Assembly (NCBI GenBank): GCA_964016885.1
Contig: OZ024740.1
Location: forward strand, 150,846,001-150,910,000
Length of the DNA: 64,000 nt
Reading direction: 5' to 3'
From: Eledone cirrhosa
Taxonomy: Eukaryota
The notes under the pieces were generated by a model. It searched no databases. It saw only the letters and a program-made list of their open reading frames with translations, and was not told the DNA's origin. The position numbers were made by a program, and so were the translations under genes. Shown here piece after piece: positions 13,364 to 27,129 of the stretch. Positions within the stretch are counted from its first letter, which is position 1. The number at the start of each line of letters is the position of its first letter.

Positions 13364-15289
13364 TGCACCAAGAAAAATTTAAAGATTGGCAAAAAATTTG
13401 CTGAAACATTTGTTTCTGTCTATTTTATAATTGTCTATATATGCTGACTACAATAGATATTGTTCAATCATATGCAATACTTGATTATTTATCACACTTC
13501 ATCAGAAAGCTAATCACTAACTCTAATATATATATATATATATATAATCATTAGGGTTAGTAATTTGTATCATAAGAGGGCGTGCCATCAGGAGTTAAGC
13601 GCCTTTCAGCATTCTTCTTCTTGATGATATCTAACAAAATCCAAACGAGTCTGTTGCTTTCCTTAGTTAACTTAATGCATTGTTTCTCAAAACTTTCAAT
13701 AATTAATTATTAATGCAATTTCAGCGTGGAGGAATCATTTTAGCCACTTAAAATCACAAAATCTGTCAACGTTATATATATTTATTATTTTGGTGTCAAA
13801 GATTTCGTAGCAGTTCCACTGCAACAAGTAAGGTTAACAATTTTGTGTGTTTTATGTCTAAATGATACTTTCATACTGTAATTACTTTAGTTTCAACAGA
13901 CATCCTCATATCATGTCACTTTTTAGATAAGTATAACCCCTGAATAATTCATATTGGCGGAGTTATCTCCCAAAATTCGTTATTTAAGATTCTAAACTAT
14001 TCTTCAAAGTGAGTTCCTGCTTTCAAACTGCAAATAATCTCGGTTAATTGAAGTTGTATGCTTGTGTATTTGTTTTGTTGTAATATATGTGTGTGAATGC
14101 CAGCATTCTTATAAATGTTGATGTAAACATTGTGTGTATACATCCATCTGTGTGTAGCCTTGTGTTTGTGTTTGTGTGTGTGTGTGAAAGAGAAAGAAAG
14201 CGAGAGATGGGGTGAGCAATTACATGTCTGATTTGCAATATGATAATCATGTTATATCTCAGCATTCGATAAATGTCCCCGTGAAAGAGGTAGCGGCACA
14301 TGTCGGGACACGTGTGTAGAGCGAGAAGTTAGGTAAAGATATGGAGACAAGGACAAATAAATGGATAAAACATATGCGTACACACATATATTTGCACACA
14401 CAGGCCCACACATACACACACACACGATCGAACACCCGCTCACATATATGCGCACACAAAGACACACACACTACTTGGCAAGCGAATATGTTATACTGTG
14501 GTGTGATATGTTCCGCAAAAAATGAATACTCTTACAATTTCATTATTTTTTGTTGTTTTATTCTTTAGCCTACGGGTCTTGTGTGGCACCCAATTGAAGG
14601 ATTCAATCGATCTTATTAACTACAGTCATTGCCTTAATTCGGAGTACTTAGGATCGCTGTTTGCTGAATTGATAGGATTTGTATACAAGATTTGTACAGT
14701 GCTTAAACATAAGGGCAGCTGATATTGAAATGTTTTCGAATCTTAAAAAAAAAAAGAAACAAAGAGAAAAACCGTTTTTTTTTCATTAAATATAAGAATT
14801 ATTTATTTTCCTTTTTTAAAAATGAGAATCTGATTTGGGTAAGAGGATTTACAACTGCAATAATTTTCTTTATTTGTATATAAATATATTTTGTTTGTAT
14901 TTGAAGTCCGTGAGTTTGTATTGTGTTTGCATTGAAATGCATTAATTTGGTTACATTTCTTAAAACGTTTAAATGTTTCAGTTTCAAATAAAAAATAAAA
15001 ATGCAATCACAAATGCTAGCAAAATATACACTTCAAATGCGAACGAAATATATACCACATTATCACCAGGTGTTTTCTCAGTAGATTGACTAACATGAAG
15101 AGCATTAGAGAGGATTGTTTCAATTGTGAGTTCTAATTCATTTCCTGGCGGCTGGTAGGCCACAGCGGTACATGATCTCACAATACAAAGAGCTAAAACA
15201 AATACCGCAAAGTATCTTGGATGAAAACAAAAATAATATCATGATTGAACTCAGAATGCAAAATGTTAATGGCGCGATGTATTAGGATA

Positions 15290-15700
15290 TAAATAACGTA
15301 AACAATTTACAATTTCCGCTGGAGAGTATACATTTTTAGTCAGTACAATCTATCTAGATCAGATGCATAGACAAGGGTTTGGACAGTATAAGTTCAATGC
15401 GGCATTTCCGAAGTTAAAAGCCTACTGCGACCGAATTAACGAACTAATTAAACCAGAACATGAGAGATTAGAGTAAAATTGATAAGATTTAACAAAGAAG
15501 TTGCTTTAGAAAGCAATATATTACAGGTTGAGCTCGTCAGCAAATTTGATGAAGCTATGACAAAAAACAACTCGACCGTTGAGGAAGCATCAAATATACT
15601 GCTCAATCATTTTTTTCGACGCGAAACAAAAGGTTACTTTGTCGGAAATAGCAGGCGTACCCTTAAATACGAGGTTGCAAAAGCTAATCAATGAACCTGG
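15290..15700 (+). mobile_element. Old L1/Tx1-clade ORF2 fragment
   Basis: KFNAAFPKLKAYCDRINEL and FNKEVALE..KFDEA..NHFF align by eye to KLNMSFPARKAYRDRVNNL and FSKEVAIE..KLDEA..DHFF of the 988-aa ORF in this window. Confidence 0.7.
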
Positions 15701-16215
15701 GTAACACAGGTATGACGTGCTAACAAAGTCACAATTATGTCTTTCATAGATGATACCGGAAGCGTAAAATTCGTTTTCAGCTAAATGTGTCTGGTTTATC
15801 CTTTTTTTCAATATCTTTGGGGTTAATTGTGGATCAAACCCGTTCGATGTTAATAATTACAACGACGGTTTGATGCAGCTCTCGTGGAAGCCTGTTATAA
15901 AATATCAATAGCAACAGTTGTGGAATAGTCCCCGTCGAGTCATTGTGAGAAGGACAATCGCCTGGTTACAATTACATTCAGTTTGTCGCTCGTGTGGTCA
16001 AAAGTGAGCAAGTCTGTCTGAAAGCAGATCTATCGACGATAGTCATAGAGTCAGGGTAAACGAAAAAGCGCCCTTAACTCCAGCTAGAGTCATAAGTACG
16101 TCATCATGAAATACGGCATGCCTTGGGTTTAATGATCCTGGCGAAGCCTATTTCTTCGGGTCTAAGCGCAGCCCATTTCTTCCAGAGAGAGAGAGAGAGA
16201 GGGAGAGAGAGAGGA

Positions 16216-16266
<51 letters not shown>

Positions 16267-16359
16267 GAGAGAGAGAGACTTGCGCAAAAACGATTAAATG
16301 CGTTGCCATGATAAAATCTGTTCGTACCTTCATTGACTGTTATGTGATAAATACGAAGT

Positions 16360-16860
16360 AATACAGTATTCGCATGGAATGCAACAATATTCTGGGATTA
16401 TGATTTTCAGACTAATTGAGTAATTGAACATTTCCGACCGGACATTGTCATATAGAACAATAAAGACAAATACTGTCAGATCATAAACTTAGCCATACCA
16501 AATGACATGAATATTCTGTGTAAAGAAGTTGAAAAATTATCAAAAACTCCGAATTGAAAGTGGAGATGGCAAGACTTTTTGGGATGCCAGTTGTGATCAG
16601 AGTATAGGTTCCATCCCATTGAAACTCCATAACTTCTTAAAGCAGTTGGGAATACTATGCAAAATTGGTGTCATACAAAAATCAGCCTTGCTAGGGACTA
16701 CGCAGATTTTAAGGTAAGTATTATCTGTCTGAGATAATTGCTGTGACTTGACAGATGACTAAATCCTCCAGTGCAATTTCCATCTACACTGCGTGACAAA
16801 AGGAATAATAAAATAACAGCTACAATATAAAGGAATAATAAAAATAACAGCTACAATAAC
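16360..16860 (+). mobile_element. R4/Dong-clade LINE 3' remnant (restriction-like endonuclease)
   Basis: ILWDYDFQT..IEH.RPDIVI...AIPND.NI..KEVEK...IQKSALLGTTQILR, followed by an AAT-rich tail. Confidence 0.75.
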
Positions 16861-18332
16861 AACAACAGCCAAAAGGCTAGGAAAAGCCTTTAACTTTGGT
16901 TGGTGACCTTCCTAGTTGTGTTGTATACAATAAAAGCACTGGTAGTTGCGCAACCTTATAAACGCAAATCTCGTGGAATTGATGCAGCCAATAAATATGG
17001 ATACACATTCTTGCAAAAGAGGGGGGAGCACAAAGTGTGGTTGAACTAGTGCTTCAGCGTTGGAAACTGTTTGGAATGCTTGAAATCAGTGTAAACAATT
17101 TGATATGACAGATAAGGAATGTTAAACTCAGCAATTAGCTCACCGGGTTGAATTAGTGGCCCTGGAATTTGAAGTACAAAACATAAATGATAACATTGAA
17201 GGTAACTTAAAAGACGAATGTGGAAAGTGAGAAACTTAGAGATCATAATGAAAATGAATCAACTGAGGATGAATTAGTCTACCAAAATGCTGATATGGAA
17301 AAAATGATGAATTAGTAAATGTGGAGAGTGTAAAATCAAGTGACTGATGATGTGAATGAAAATGAACATGAAACAGCGGACGAAACAAGATCAATTATCA
17401 AAAAAAAAAGAAAATGTCTGTTTAATGATACTGAATTCTATAAGACACTGCTGAATCTTCGGAATGTAGAGTTGTTGTTTAGCAAATGAAACAGCCAAAG
17501 TAAACCATGCGATTCTGTTTTTTTCTCTCTCTCTCTTACTGCTCCCTCGTTCTCTCTGTTTCTCTTACTTTCTTTCGTCCCCTCTGTCATGTCAGTTAAC
17601 ACTTTCTCTCTACTGACCTCTTCCTCGCACTTCCACTCACTCACTCACTGTTTCTCCCCTTCTCACTTCCCCCCGTTCGCGACGAAAACGATTCTCCTTC
17701 TTTCTTACATCGGATTCATCTCGAAAGGTCTATTTCTTACTCGCTCATATATTCACCCAGCTTATACTGATAGAATAACTATGTAGCTTGTGTTTCTTCC
17801 TATCTTCGGTTAGCTTTCCCCTGCGTTGTGTACTTGTCTCACTCGCTTTACGCGTTTTAATTGTCCTAATAACTTATTTTAGTTATTATTGCACCAACGT
17901 GAGGTATATGATTTTTAATGCAATGAAATACCTATGACCGTTGGCAAATCACTGATGAGGGACTCATTTTATAACATGTTATCCATGTGCAACCATGCAT
18001 TATCCTTCTCCCCATATTTTTCACATATATTTATATATATATGGACAAGAACTGAAACAGATGGACAAGAACTGAAACGAGGCCACGGCGAAGGTATTTG
18101 CACTCACCCCGAAGTGGGCTGAGTGCAAACTCTCCTTGAAAGGTCGAGCGGAGATATATCCGAGATATACATATATATATATATAGTCTATCAAAGTGCT
18201 TTCGTTACACATCTGCAATATCATCAGTGGTACTATTATGTTTCCTCCTGTTGTATTGTATGTCTTCGCCATTTTTATTTTAATTAATGTATTTATTTCT
18301 TCTTGTTTTTGTCTCTGCGCATGCGTTTGCGT

Positions 18333-18427
<95 letters not shown>

Positions 18428-18604
18428 CATATATAACCATATATATACATATATATACATATATATATATATAATTATATACTATGCCAATCATTGGAGT
18501 TTGAATCTAACTGACATACATGCAAATGTATATATATATGAATAAGGTAAGCCCATAGTGGATTAAAATAACACAGAGAGAAAAGAGAGAGAGGGAGGGG
18601 GAGA

Positions 18605-18654
<50 letters not shown>

Positions 18655-18837
18655 GGGAGAGAGAGAGAGAGAGAGAGGGAGAGAGAGGGAGAGAGAGAGA
18701 GAGAGAGACAGAGAGACAGAGGAGGAAGGGCAAGAAATGAGGTGCAACAAAAATGAAACATTGATTACAGGTTAAAATATAGTCTAGATAGATGAGAAAC
18801 AAAACGAGCGCGTAGTTTATGGACATTAAGTAGGAGC

Positions 18838-19247
18838 AATAACATTAAGACAGACATCAACGGCTCCACATCATTTTGTATTGAAAACTTTGAATGTAAG
18901 TTTATAAGTATGAATTTCAGTAAATTTTCGTAACTGTCTCCTTGGGCTAGCCGTAGGTACTAGAGACGTTGGAGATACTGGACTTGGGTTCAATCCTGGT
19001 CGAGAGGTACATCCAATATTTTTCAGTTTTTATTTTAAAACCCATAGAAAAAAACTGAAAAGGTTTACCAGGAACGCTACTCTCGACAAGGATCGAACTT
19101 CAGACCAGGATCACCAACGTCTGTGATTCCTCCAACAAGGCCACCGAGACAGCTACGAAAGTATAATGAAAATTAATTATTATAAACCTACTTTCAAAAT
19201 CAAAGTTAAAACGATGTGGTGTCGTTCATGGCTTTCCTAGTGCTATT
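18838..19247. mobile_element. Foldback/MITE-like palindrome with a tRNA-like module in each arm
   Basis: Imperfect ~195 bp arms. B-box ggttcaatcc at 18987 (+) and agttcgatcc at 19099-19090 (-). Confidence 0.65.
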
Positions 19248-19828
19248 AGTCACATTTAGGGTCGACTTGTCAATCTTCTGGCTGTTTTGTAACAACCTTA
19301 TTATTTCTATGTGTGTTTAACTGTTGAATTAATTTCATTTGATTATTTTAACAGGGAAATAATCTATATAGATATATACTAGCAGAATGGCTCGGCTTTG
19401 CTCGGGATTCTAAACATAGATTGGTATGTTTATCCCCCCTTTCTGAAACAGTAGAGAGAAGTACGGAATACCTCGGACTTGCAACCGTCGAATAGCAGAT
19501 TCCACTGACGATTCGTTTGCCCGCCTTGTTCTTTTTCTTGCCGCTTTCGCAGTATTTCGGCCAATGGAGTATCTCTTCCTTCGAGGCCTGACCTAAAAGC
19601 AGGACGAAGTAGACTAAGACTAACTGGTAGAGTAAGGAGTAAACTCGTCAGTGATGCATATGATTTCCGTTGACTATGCAATTGCTGGCCTTGTGCCAAA
19701 AGTAGAGGGACTTTTTGGGGTTGCATATCGGCAGTAACAATGACGATAAGCCGTCTGTGCTTTCGTGAAATAAATACGTTTGTTTATATTTTATTTTTTG
19801 TATGCAAAAATATCTGTACACGAATATA

Positions 19829-19908
<80 letters not shown>

Positions 19909-19918
19909 AACGAGTAGG

Positions 19919-20014
19919 ACCCCGACGGCTGAGCTCAATCCGTTTCGACGGCTAATTCTGGACTAAATGAAAATTTTTATCCTGGTATATGAATAGCCGA
20001 GCTTCTCAGGGGGT
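19919..20014 (-). ncRNA. Type I hammerhead (core variant CUGAGAA)
   Basis: Stem I ACCCC/GGGGT, long stem II cggcta/tagccg, GAAA-CGG..tgagctca..CCG-TC (GUC site). Confidence 0.7.
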
Positions 20015-21161
20015 AATTCCATATATGGTAAAAGTTATTGTCACAAGGATTAGTCAAAAGTTTGTTGTTGAGACACATAATTCTATCATGGCAATTTGTG
20101 GAGGGAAGGGGTAGCTGAACTTGCCAGTAGAAGAAAGAGGGAGAGGGAGTGGGGGAAACCCAATCGTGCGTTGATAGTGCCAACTACAGCAGAATCCTAA
20201 GGATAAGAGGTCAAGAGAAGTATACTAGGGAAGGGGAGGGGGAGGAAGTCGAAACAATAAGTAAAACAATATAGAAAAATACCGAGAATGTTAAAAAAAA
20301 CAATTAAATGTAAAAAAAACAATTTCTGGTTACTATAACCTAAGGACAGCTATCAAGTCTCTCACTGGTACTGCTAGACTAAAGAAAGGTTTACTAGGTG
20401 GGACGGAATTATAATGAGGCCCTTTTAAGATGTATAAGTAATCAATCGAGTATATCTTACGGTAACGGGTCAACAAGTGGGGGGCCAAAATACTAAAGAA
20501 ACTACCACGAAATAATAATTCAGAGTCCCGAGACCAATACGAAATAAAGGTTTCTACCCCAGGCACAAGGCCACCAACCACCCAGTGCAAAAAAAAATAA
20601 ACTAATACGAAATAATAATTCAGAATCCCGAAAAAGAATACTAACACTATCTCTAAGGGTGCCGCCACGATACAAAAATTCTAGTGCAAACTACATAAAT
20701 GCTCGTACGAAGTATATGAAAAATTCGATACGGAAAATTAATTCAGAATCCCCCCCCCCCCCCCCCCCCAAAAAAAAATACTGATATACGAGAACTTAAA
20801 GCAAAGATGCCACTAAGAAATATAGAAGGCACGGAAACGGGGCAGCCATCGGATAAGAAGGCAAATATCCGGGGTCTAACACATCTGCTATAAAAAGCGG
20901 AGTCGGCCAATTCTATCATAGAATAGGGGAAGGGGGTGGGGGTACTGAGGCTACAAAAGACCGAGGGGCTGCCTCGGGTGGGTGAGAAAGTGGAAAGGAC
21001 GACGACAAAGAAAGAGGACTGGGGTGGAAGGACTAGGGAGGGGTGGGGGGAAGAAGGAAATATAGAGGAAGCGATAAAAAGATATAAAAGATCTTATGTC
21101 TACCTTTGCAAGCAGGGGTTACCCGATACAAAGTCGGCAAGTGGGGTGTTATAGCCCTAGT

Positions 21162-22155
21162 CTACCCCCCCCCCCGGGTCATTATGGGGTTTGAGGGCGA
21201 GGGCAATCTGTGTTTACATGCAGTTACCAGTTCATCTTTCTTGTTTAGGAGTTGGTCCGTCGAAAACAGCATTTGTAAAGTTTCCTCCGAGCATAAATTG
21301 CACGGACGGCGACCTCCCGTGTAAGAGTTGGCTCTGGACAGTAAGCTCCAAGTGAGATCATAGGTAATATTGTTATGCTTGAGGTCCCATATGTGGACCG
21401 AAAGTGTAGTGACGTGACGCTGGGCCGGGTTTCGGAAGCTATGTCTGTGTTGGTATAGCCGGGTCTTGAAGTCACATGCGGTTAATCCTATATAAGCTTT
21501 GTTGGAGGTGTCCGTCCTCACGTTGCACTGGTAGATCACATTACGATCTCTGCATTTGTTGTCGAGGGGGCAAATGGATCTATCGGGACAGTTGCACCTC
21601 CTGGTCGGCTCTCCACTGCTATTTAGGTTATTTCTTCCATAGGGGTTGAGTTTTTTGTTGTTAGAGGAGACGATGTTTTGTGCAAAGTTTGGTGTGGTGC
21701 TGTAGGAGAGTTTGATGGTATTTTTGTTAATTATGTTGTGGTAGCGGTGTTGTAGTGGGAAGTGTTTTTCAATGAGCCTAAAGAAGATTTTCCCGATAGG
21801 AGTTGTCACCTCGGCGTTGTGGGGAGGATTGAACCATGTTACATTGCGTGAGCGGCGGTGTCGCCTGCTGGTTCCGCTAATGGAAGCTGGACAGTAGGAT
21901 ATTTCCTCCCGGAAATCACTCCGCTTGAGTCCCTGGTTGTAATAAGGCGCATGTTTCTCGAATATCTGCTCATTAGCGGACAAACGAGATATGCGGAGGG
22001 AGATGTTTTAAACAAGGTTATTGGTGATGTTCCTAGGATAGTTTGACCGGCGGTGGATGTAGTGCAGGTTGTCGTTGGGTTTCCTGTATGGGTAGTACAG
22101 ATCATTATCGAGGTCAAGGATAACGTCCAGGAAGTTTACTCGGACCAGGGACGTT
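21162..22155 (-). pseudogene. PLE RT-thumb and GIY-YIG endonuclease fragment
   Basis: WFNPP, CNC-x4-CPL-x3-C, VIY..YIG..FKTR..H, CNLCSEE and LLNKKDE..CKH motifs. One TAA lies just upstream of the 273-aa ORF. Confidence 0.88.
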
Positions 22156-22268
22156 TGTAGGGGTCCTACTCGTTCCTATTACCCACTCTACTACCCTAAG
22201 TATTGAGTACTTTGGTGCGTTATGGTCCACCTGGTTCCTTACCACATTTCCTTCGTTATATATATATA

Positions 22269-22335
22269 TTAAAATAACAGATTAAAGTTTAAGCAAAGAA
22301 TTGCTGCTTTCACCCTTAACGGGATCTTCTGAAAC
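22269..22335 (-). repeat. pLTR end with degenerate hammerhead; shorter copy at 5462-5505
   Basis: ttaaaataacagattaaagtttaagcaaagaat is shared by both sites. Minus strand reads CAGAAGA-tccc gttaa gggt-GAAA. Confidence 0.5.
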
Positions 22336-22902
22336 TAAAAAAAATCAATCTATGGACGCAGAAGTAAATATTTCGAAAAAACGTTGCAAACGAAGGAAAT
22401 CAGGAAGACGATACTTTGGTTCGTGAAGACGTTCCGTGGCAATGAACGGAAAATAGCGAAGATAATATGTCAGCAATTAGAACAATATTTGTCACAATGC
22501 AGACAGCCAGACATACAGACATACATTATAAGGGCGCGATGCTATAGCTATGTATCTATCTAAAAAGACAGACTAAGAAAGAGAGAGATCCGCAAACCGG
22601 CGCCTAATGCGGTCTCTAGGGTATTGAAAATTTGAAATATCTTTTGCTCAAAACACTCACACATGTGTAAACTTTGAAAAAAATCGGTTGGGTGGTTCTT
22701 GAGTTTTAGGGAGTCAGACAGACATTCTCTGTTTTAGATATATAGATATATAAATTTGATTGCAGTGTTTTGTTTCCACTTATGTATTTTTTGAAAATGT
22801 TACTTATTCATTTATAAAAATTAAATGATAGCATTCTATATGTAGGTGGGTCCCCTTCATCTCCTGGCAACCAATATTTTTAGACCCAGTCCAGTCCATC
22901 AC

Positions 22903-22987
<85 letters not shown>

Positions 22988-23849
22988 TTATCTGCCTTAT
23001 ACAACTGTATAAGACATTCAGATATTTAAAGTTCTAATGTAATTTTATCGACATCAAGACTGCCGAACGACAGTTCAGAGTTAAATCCAATTTATAAATT
23101 TCCTGTCATCGTAGTATTACAAAATTCCAGAACATATATAAATGAAAAAATGATAATCAGCAAAGTCCCATACATTAATACATTCTTTAATTTAATTACA
23201 TATGTTTCATTCAACTACAAAGGGGGTAGCGTTTCATTCCTTTCTAGAGAAATCGTCAGAATCACAGGATAATATAAAAAAGATATTTATTTACCGGCCA
23301 CATGTTCTCGTTTGTCCTGATACGAAGATTGAAAGACGTAAACAATTTTCATATTTAGGGAAAGCGTTAAAATTTATGGAAGTCTAGATATGTATAGTCT
23401 GTACACATCCTTACGTTAGTTGACTAGCATAACCAACATTCATATTTTGACTTGAATATATTATAGGAGTGAATTTAGAGCTTATCAATTTAATATTATT
23501 TATTCCTAAATGTTACAATTAAATTTAATTTTAAGTATATAGTATTTTATGAATAAACCATATATAATTTATTGAAACCCATATTGGCTATAATATACCA
23601 GTCTGCAAAATGCTTTAATTCTTTAGAATTATTTACCTAGAGGTTACTACTCTTTATATCAGATTACGTACATATTCACATATTCCTATAAGTACACACA
23701 GGCATATAGACACACACACACCAACACGAATTAAATTCACACTCACACATACATAAGTATATATGTGTGCTCGCATAAACACACATATACACCCCTATTA
23801 GTTTACCTCTATATGTGTGTACAAGATTTGCCACCACCTGATCCCCCTC

Positions 23850-25240
23850 TCACACATTCCTTTGTGCATATGTTGCAGTGATGAAAATTTCTTCCACTTT
23901 TGTTCTTCCACATTTCCGACAGGAGGGAATGCCAAAAGACACCGAAATTGACAACATACTGTACATGGTTTCTAGGTAGGCTTCTAAGTCAGGCCCTAAT
24001 GAGGCAAATCCGGCCTCATTCATTGCACATAAAGTCATTTTGAGCATTTAAAAATCTAGTTAAAGTAATATCATGTAGACCGTTACGCAGAATCCCTCTT
24101 TTATTTATTATGCTCCAGCCGAGATTTTCCCTTAAACTCTGTTTTTTTCTTAAAGATGATCGATCTAAGGCAATGTCTTCCCAGTTATCTTCTATGACTT
24201 TTTACTTTATCAAATCTCTTTTGATGTAGTCTTTATATCTGAGATTTGGTTTATGCCTTGACCGTTTGCCTTTGACTAACAGTAACTGCTTAGGAATACG
24301 ATGATCTGACATTCTTACAACATGACCGCCCCAGCGCAATCTATATTGAATTGTGAGAGATTCAATACTTTCAAAATGACTCCTTTCCAGCACATCAACA
24401 TCAATTGCTTAGACTGATTGTTAGACCTAATGCGCTGCATGGCACCTAAGAGGAATCCATCAGGTGCTGCATGTCACTCACAGAGTGAACAACAATATCA
24501 CAATAAAAAAAACCTGTATTAAAGAAGTGAGCACCTTTGTTTTGGCAGGGAGCATGTCAGAACTGCTACAAACTTGTCAGGACAACCGAGCTTAGTCAGA
24601 ATTGTCCATTAGGTAGCGCTAATCCCTGTTAACAATGACGTGATACAAATCCATTCTCTGTTCAATGCGCTTCTCTTGTAGTTGCTTCACTGAGGAGACC
24701 ATGCCCGCTGTCCCATTGTTACCTCTAAAGTGACACTTTGATCCAGGAAGAACATTGACAGTGATGTTATCAAACGATTTGTCCAACATGATCTTACACA
24801 AAATCTTTTCCACAACTGAAAAGAGGGCTATCCCCGCGAAAATTACCACAACCATCCTTTGTACCTTTTCCTTTAACAAGCCGTTAATGCATCCTTCCAG
24901 TCTTCGGGAACGCTTTCTTTTTCCCAAGCCTTACGCATCAGATTTATAAGATGTCGAAGAACGTTTCGACTTGCACATTTCATTACCTTAGTATAAATAC
25001 CATCCCTGCCTGGCGACCTTCCATTATTGAGTTGTTTTACAGGCACTTCCACTTCCTTCAAGGGAGGACTTTCTGCTAGTACATCATTTGCAGATCAACT
25101 AGGAATTGAGACGATAAACTCCCCATTGACCCGAGAATGCCTATTCAAACGTTCATTGAAGTGTTCGATCCATCTCAAAATGTTATCCTTTGTGTCTTTA
25201 AACAATTCGTTGCCATTCTGGGATTTCAGAGGAAACATAC
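23850..25240 (-). mobile_element. RTE (BovB-like) LINE remnant, internally deleted
   Basis: GRSPGRDGI, VPEDWKDA, VLPGSKCHFRG..KQLQEK, LRWGGHVVRM..RIPKQLL..GKR..RYKD. Confidence 0.85.
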
Positions 25241-26194
25241 CTGCATGCATACACAATAATTATATCGACTCCATCACAATACAGACTTGCGCAGAGAGAG
25301 AAAGAAAGAGTGGGAAGGAGTATGAGAGGAAGAGAGAGTGAAAAAAAGCAGAAGTCCTCCCTTGAAGGAAGTGGAGGAGGAGAAGGAACAGGAAAGAAAG
25401 GTGGAATGGGAGAGGGAAATAATGGGGGAAAGAAAGAGAGAGATGCGGAAAGAGAGAGATAGAGATAGAGAGAGAGAGAGAAAGAAAGAGATGGAGAGAA
25501 GAGCGAGAGTAACACTCGACTAAAATACACAGATATAGAAATTGAATCATACACACGAACACACGTACACAAACAGCGAGAATTGTGAAGCGTCAACATA
25601 TAGAGAAACCGAAACGTACATGACAGCATACACACATATAGATATGTACACACGTGCACACACAGAGACACACACACACACGCGCGTGCGCGTTTATGCA
25701 TTTGTAAACATTTATACACGTACACATATGCGCAATAATCACTCCATTGCATCACGATTCCCTTCACACATTCAACATGTTCAGCAGCATGGACGATATT
25801 TTTTAGTTTTACTTTCGTTTCTGCGGCATGTTAGCATCTCTGCTTGAGTGATGTTGAGTGGGTGGGGTTAAACAGTTAATGAGAATTGAGCAAAAGATAA
25901 AGGGGGCTGCATATTTTGTAGCAGAATGCACCACGATGCAGTGACTTGTGTGTTAAACCAGCGAATGGAAATTGTCGTTCACAGTATTTTGGCACATTCA
26001 CCGGGTAATAAGTTATTTTTTATTATTGCGTTTATTGTTGTTCCGTTTTGCATGTTGTTATTATTGTTGTTGTTGTTGTTGTTGTTGTTATTATCCTTAT
26101 TGCTATTAAAAAGAGTAAAGAAATTATCATTATTATTGTTTTTGATATTATCGTCACGAATATTAAATAAATACAGAAACAAATATGATAGCGA

Positions 26195-26580
26195 ATACAA
26201 ACGGCCGAAATGGGGTTTCTTCGGATGATCTTTAGAGTAACGTTACTCGATAGAGTGCGTAGCTCTGAGATCAGAGAGACACGCAAGTTTGAGCTGCTAC
26301 TTCTCCGTATTGAGGGCTGACGGCTCTGATACTATAGGCATGCGGTTAGAATGTCTCAGGAAAGAATCGATGGACAGATTTTACGGATAAAACCAACCGG
26401 CCGGGGACCCAGAGGTAGACTTCGAGCAAGATGGTTTAATAACATCCATGAGCCCGGCTGGTCTCGCTTTGGGGATTCAGCCAGGTCAGTTGGAGATGGT
26501 TACTTCTGACAGGACCCGCTGGAAGGAATGTCTGAGGACGTTTCCCCCATGACTCTCTCAGGAATATGTGGGCGAAGATA
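26195..26580 (+). mobile_element. RTE-clade LINE 3' fragment
   Basis: AEMGFLR..VTLLDRVRSSEIRE..LLLRIE..HAVRMSQER..PRGR..RW. Confidence 0.75.
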
Positions 26581-26649
26581 TTATGATTGTTTGTATGATG
26601 GGCATTGATGTTGTTTGTACCGTTCTTGTTATTGGTGGCGTTATTTTTA

Positions 26650-26680
<31 letters not shown>

Positions 26681-26869
26681 TGTTGTTGTTGGTGTTGGTG
26701 TTGGTGTTGGTGTTGGTGTTGGTGTTGTTGGTGTTGTTGGTGGTGGTGGTGTTGTAGTAATTGTTGTTTGTTAATTATAGTTGATGTCACTGTTGTTCTA
26801 TTTGTTGTAGTTGGAATTGTTATTACAACTCTTGTTGGGTTGATAGAGTTGCGAGAGTGTAGGACAAAT

Positions 26870-27025
26870 TGATTTGCAATATTTGTGCAGGCTCTTTACT
26901 TTATGAGTTCAAATTCTCCTTTAATCATCTCGGGATGAATAAAATAATGTTCCAGTCAAGTACTGTGTTCGATTTAATCTACTTACCCCTCCCCTCAAAT
27001 TGCCTAGTTTAGAAACAATTATTGT
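26870..27025 (+). mobile_element. Degenerate SINE
   Basis: gagttcaaat B box, ataaaataatgttccagtcaagtactg core and tagaaacaattatt tail, as in the SINEs at 55.6 and 57.8 kb. Confidence 0.6.
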
Positions 27026-27129
27026 TGTTATTGTTGCCACTGCTATTCTTAATGTTGTTTGCTTTTGCTGGTGCAGCTGACGCTGTTAATGATTCTGTTT
27101 TTGCAATGGCTAATGATAATTTAGAGCTG

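Larger units (their letters stand above)
19905..22258 (-). mobile_element. 5'-truncated Penelope-like element (Naiad-like) with inverted pLTR piece
   Basis: RT thumb (VNFLDV..YRKPN) and GIY-YIG ORF, a 3' hammerhead, an inverted repeat at 19905-19923 / 22160-22178, and (TA)n flanks. Confidence 0.85.
19377..22747 (+). mobile_element. Possible Helentron/HINE (DINE-1-like) non-autonomous element interrupted by PLE insertions
   Basis: 5' end tactagcag...ctcggctttgctcggg and 3' end aaatcggttg...cagacagac...tatatagat resemble HINE termini. That the two ends belong to one element is inferred. Confidence 0.4.

Noticed and set aside
13400-13510. Minus-strand CTGATGA...GAAACAAATGTT hammerhead candidate; similar partial motifs at ~7923, ~10280 and ~12575
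   Set aside because: Stem I does not pair, or core elements are missing or too degenerate.
14984-15192. Possible minus-strand exon (LCIVRSCTAVAYQPPG...)
   Set aside because: An acceptor-like site is present, but there is no clear donor, homology or partner exon.
21162-22155. Selenocysteine recoding, reported for some Naiad PLEs
   Set aside because: The retained segment has no in-frame TGA; the only interruption is TAA.
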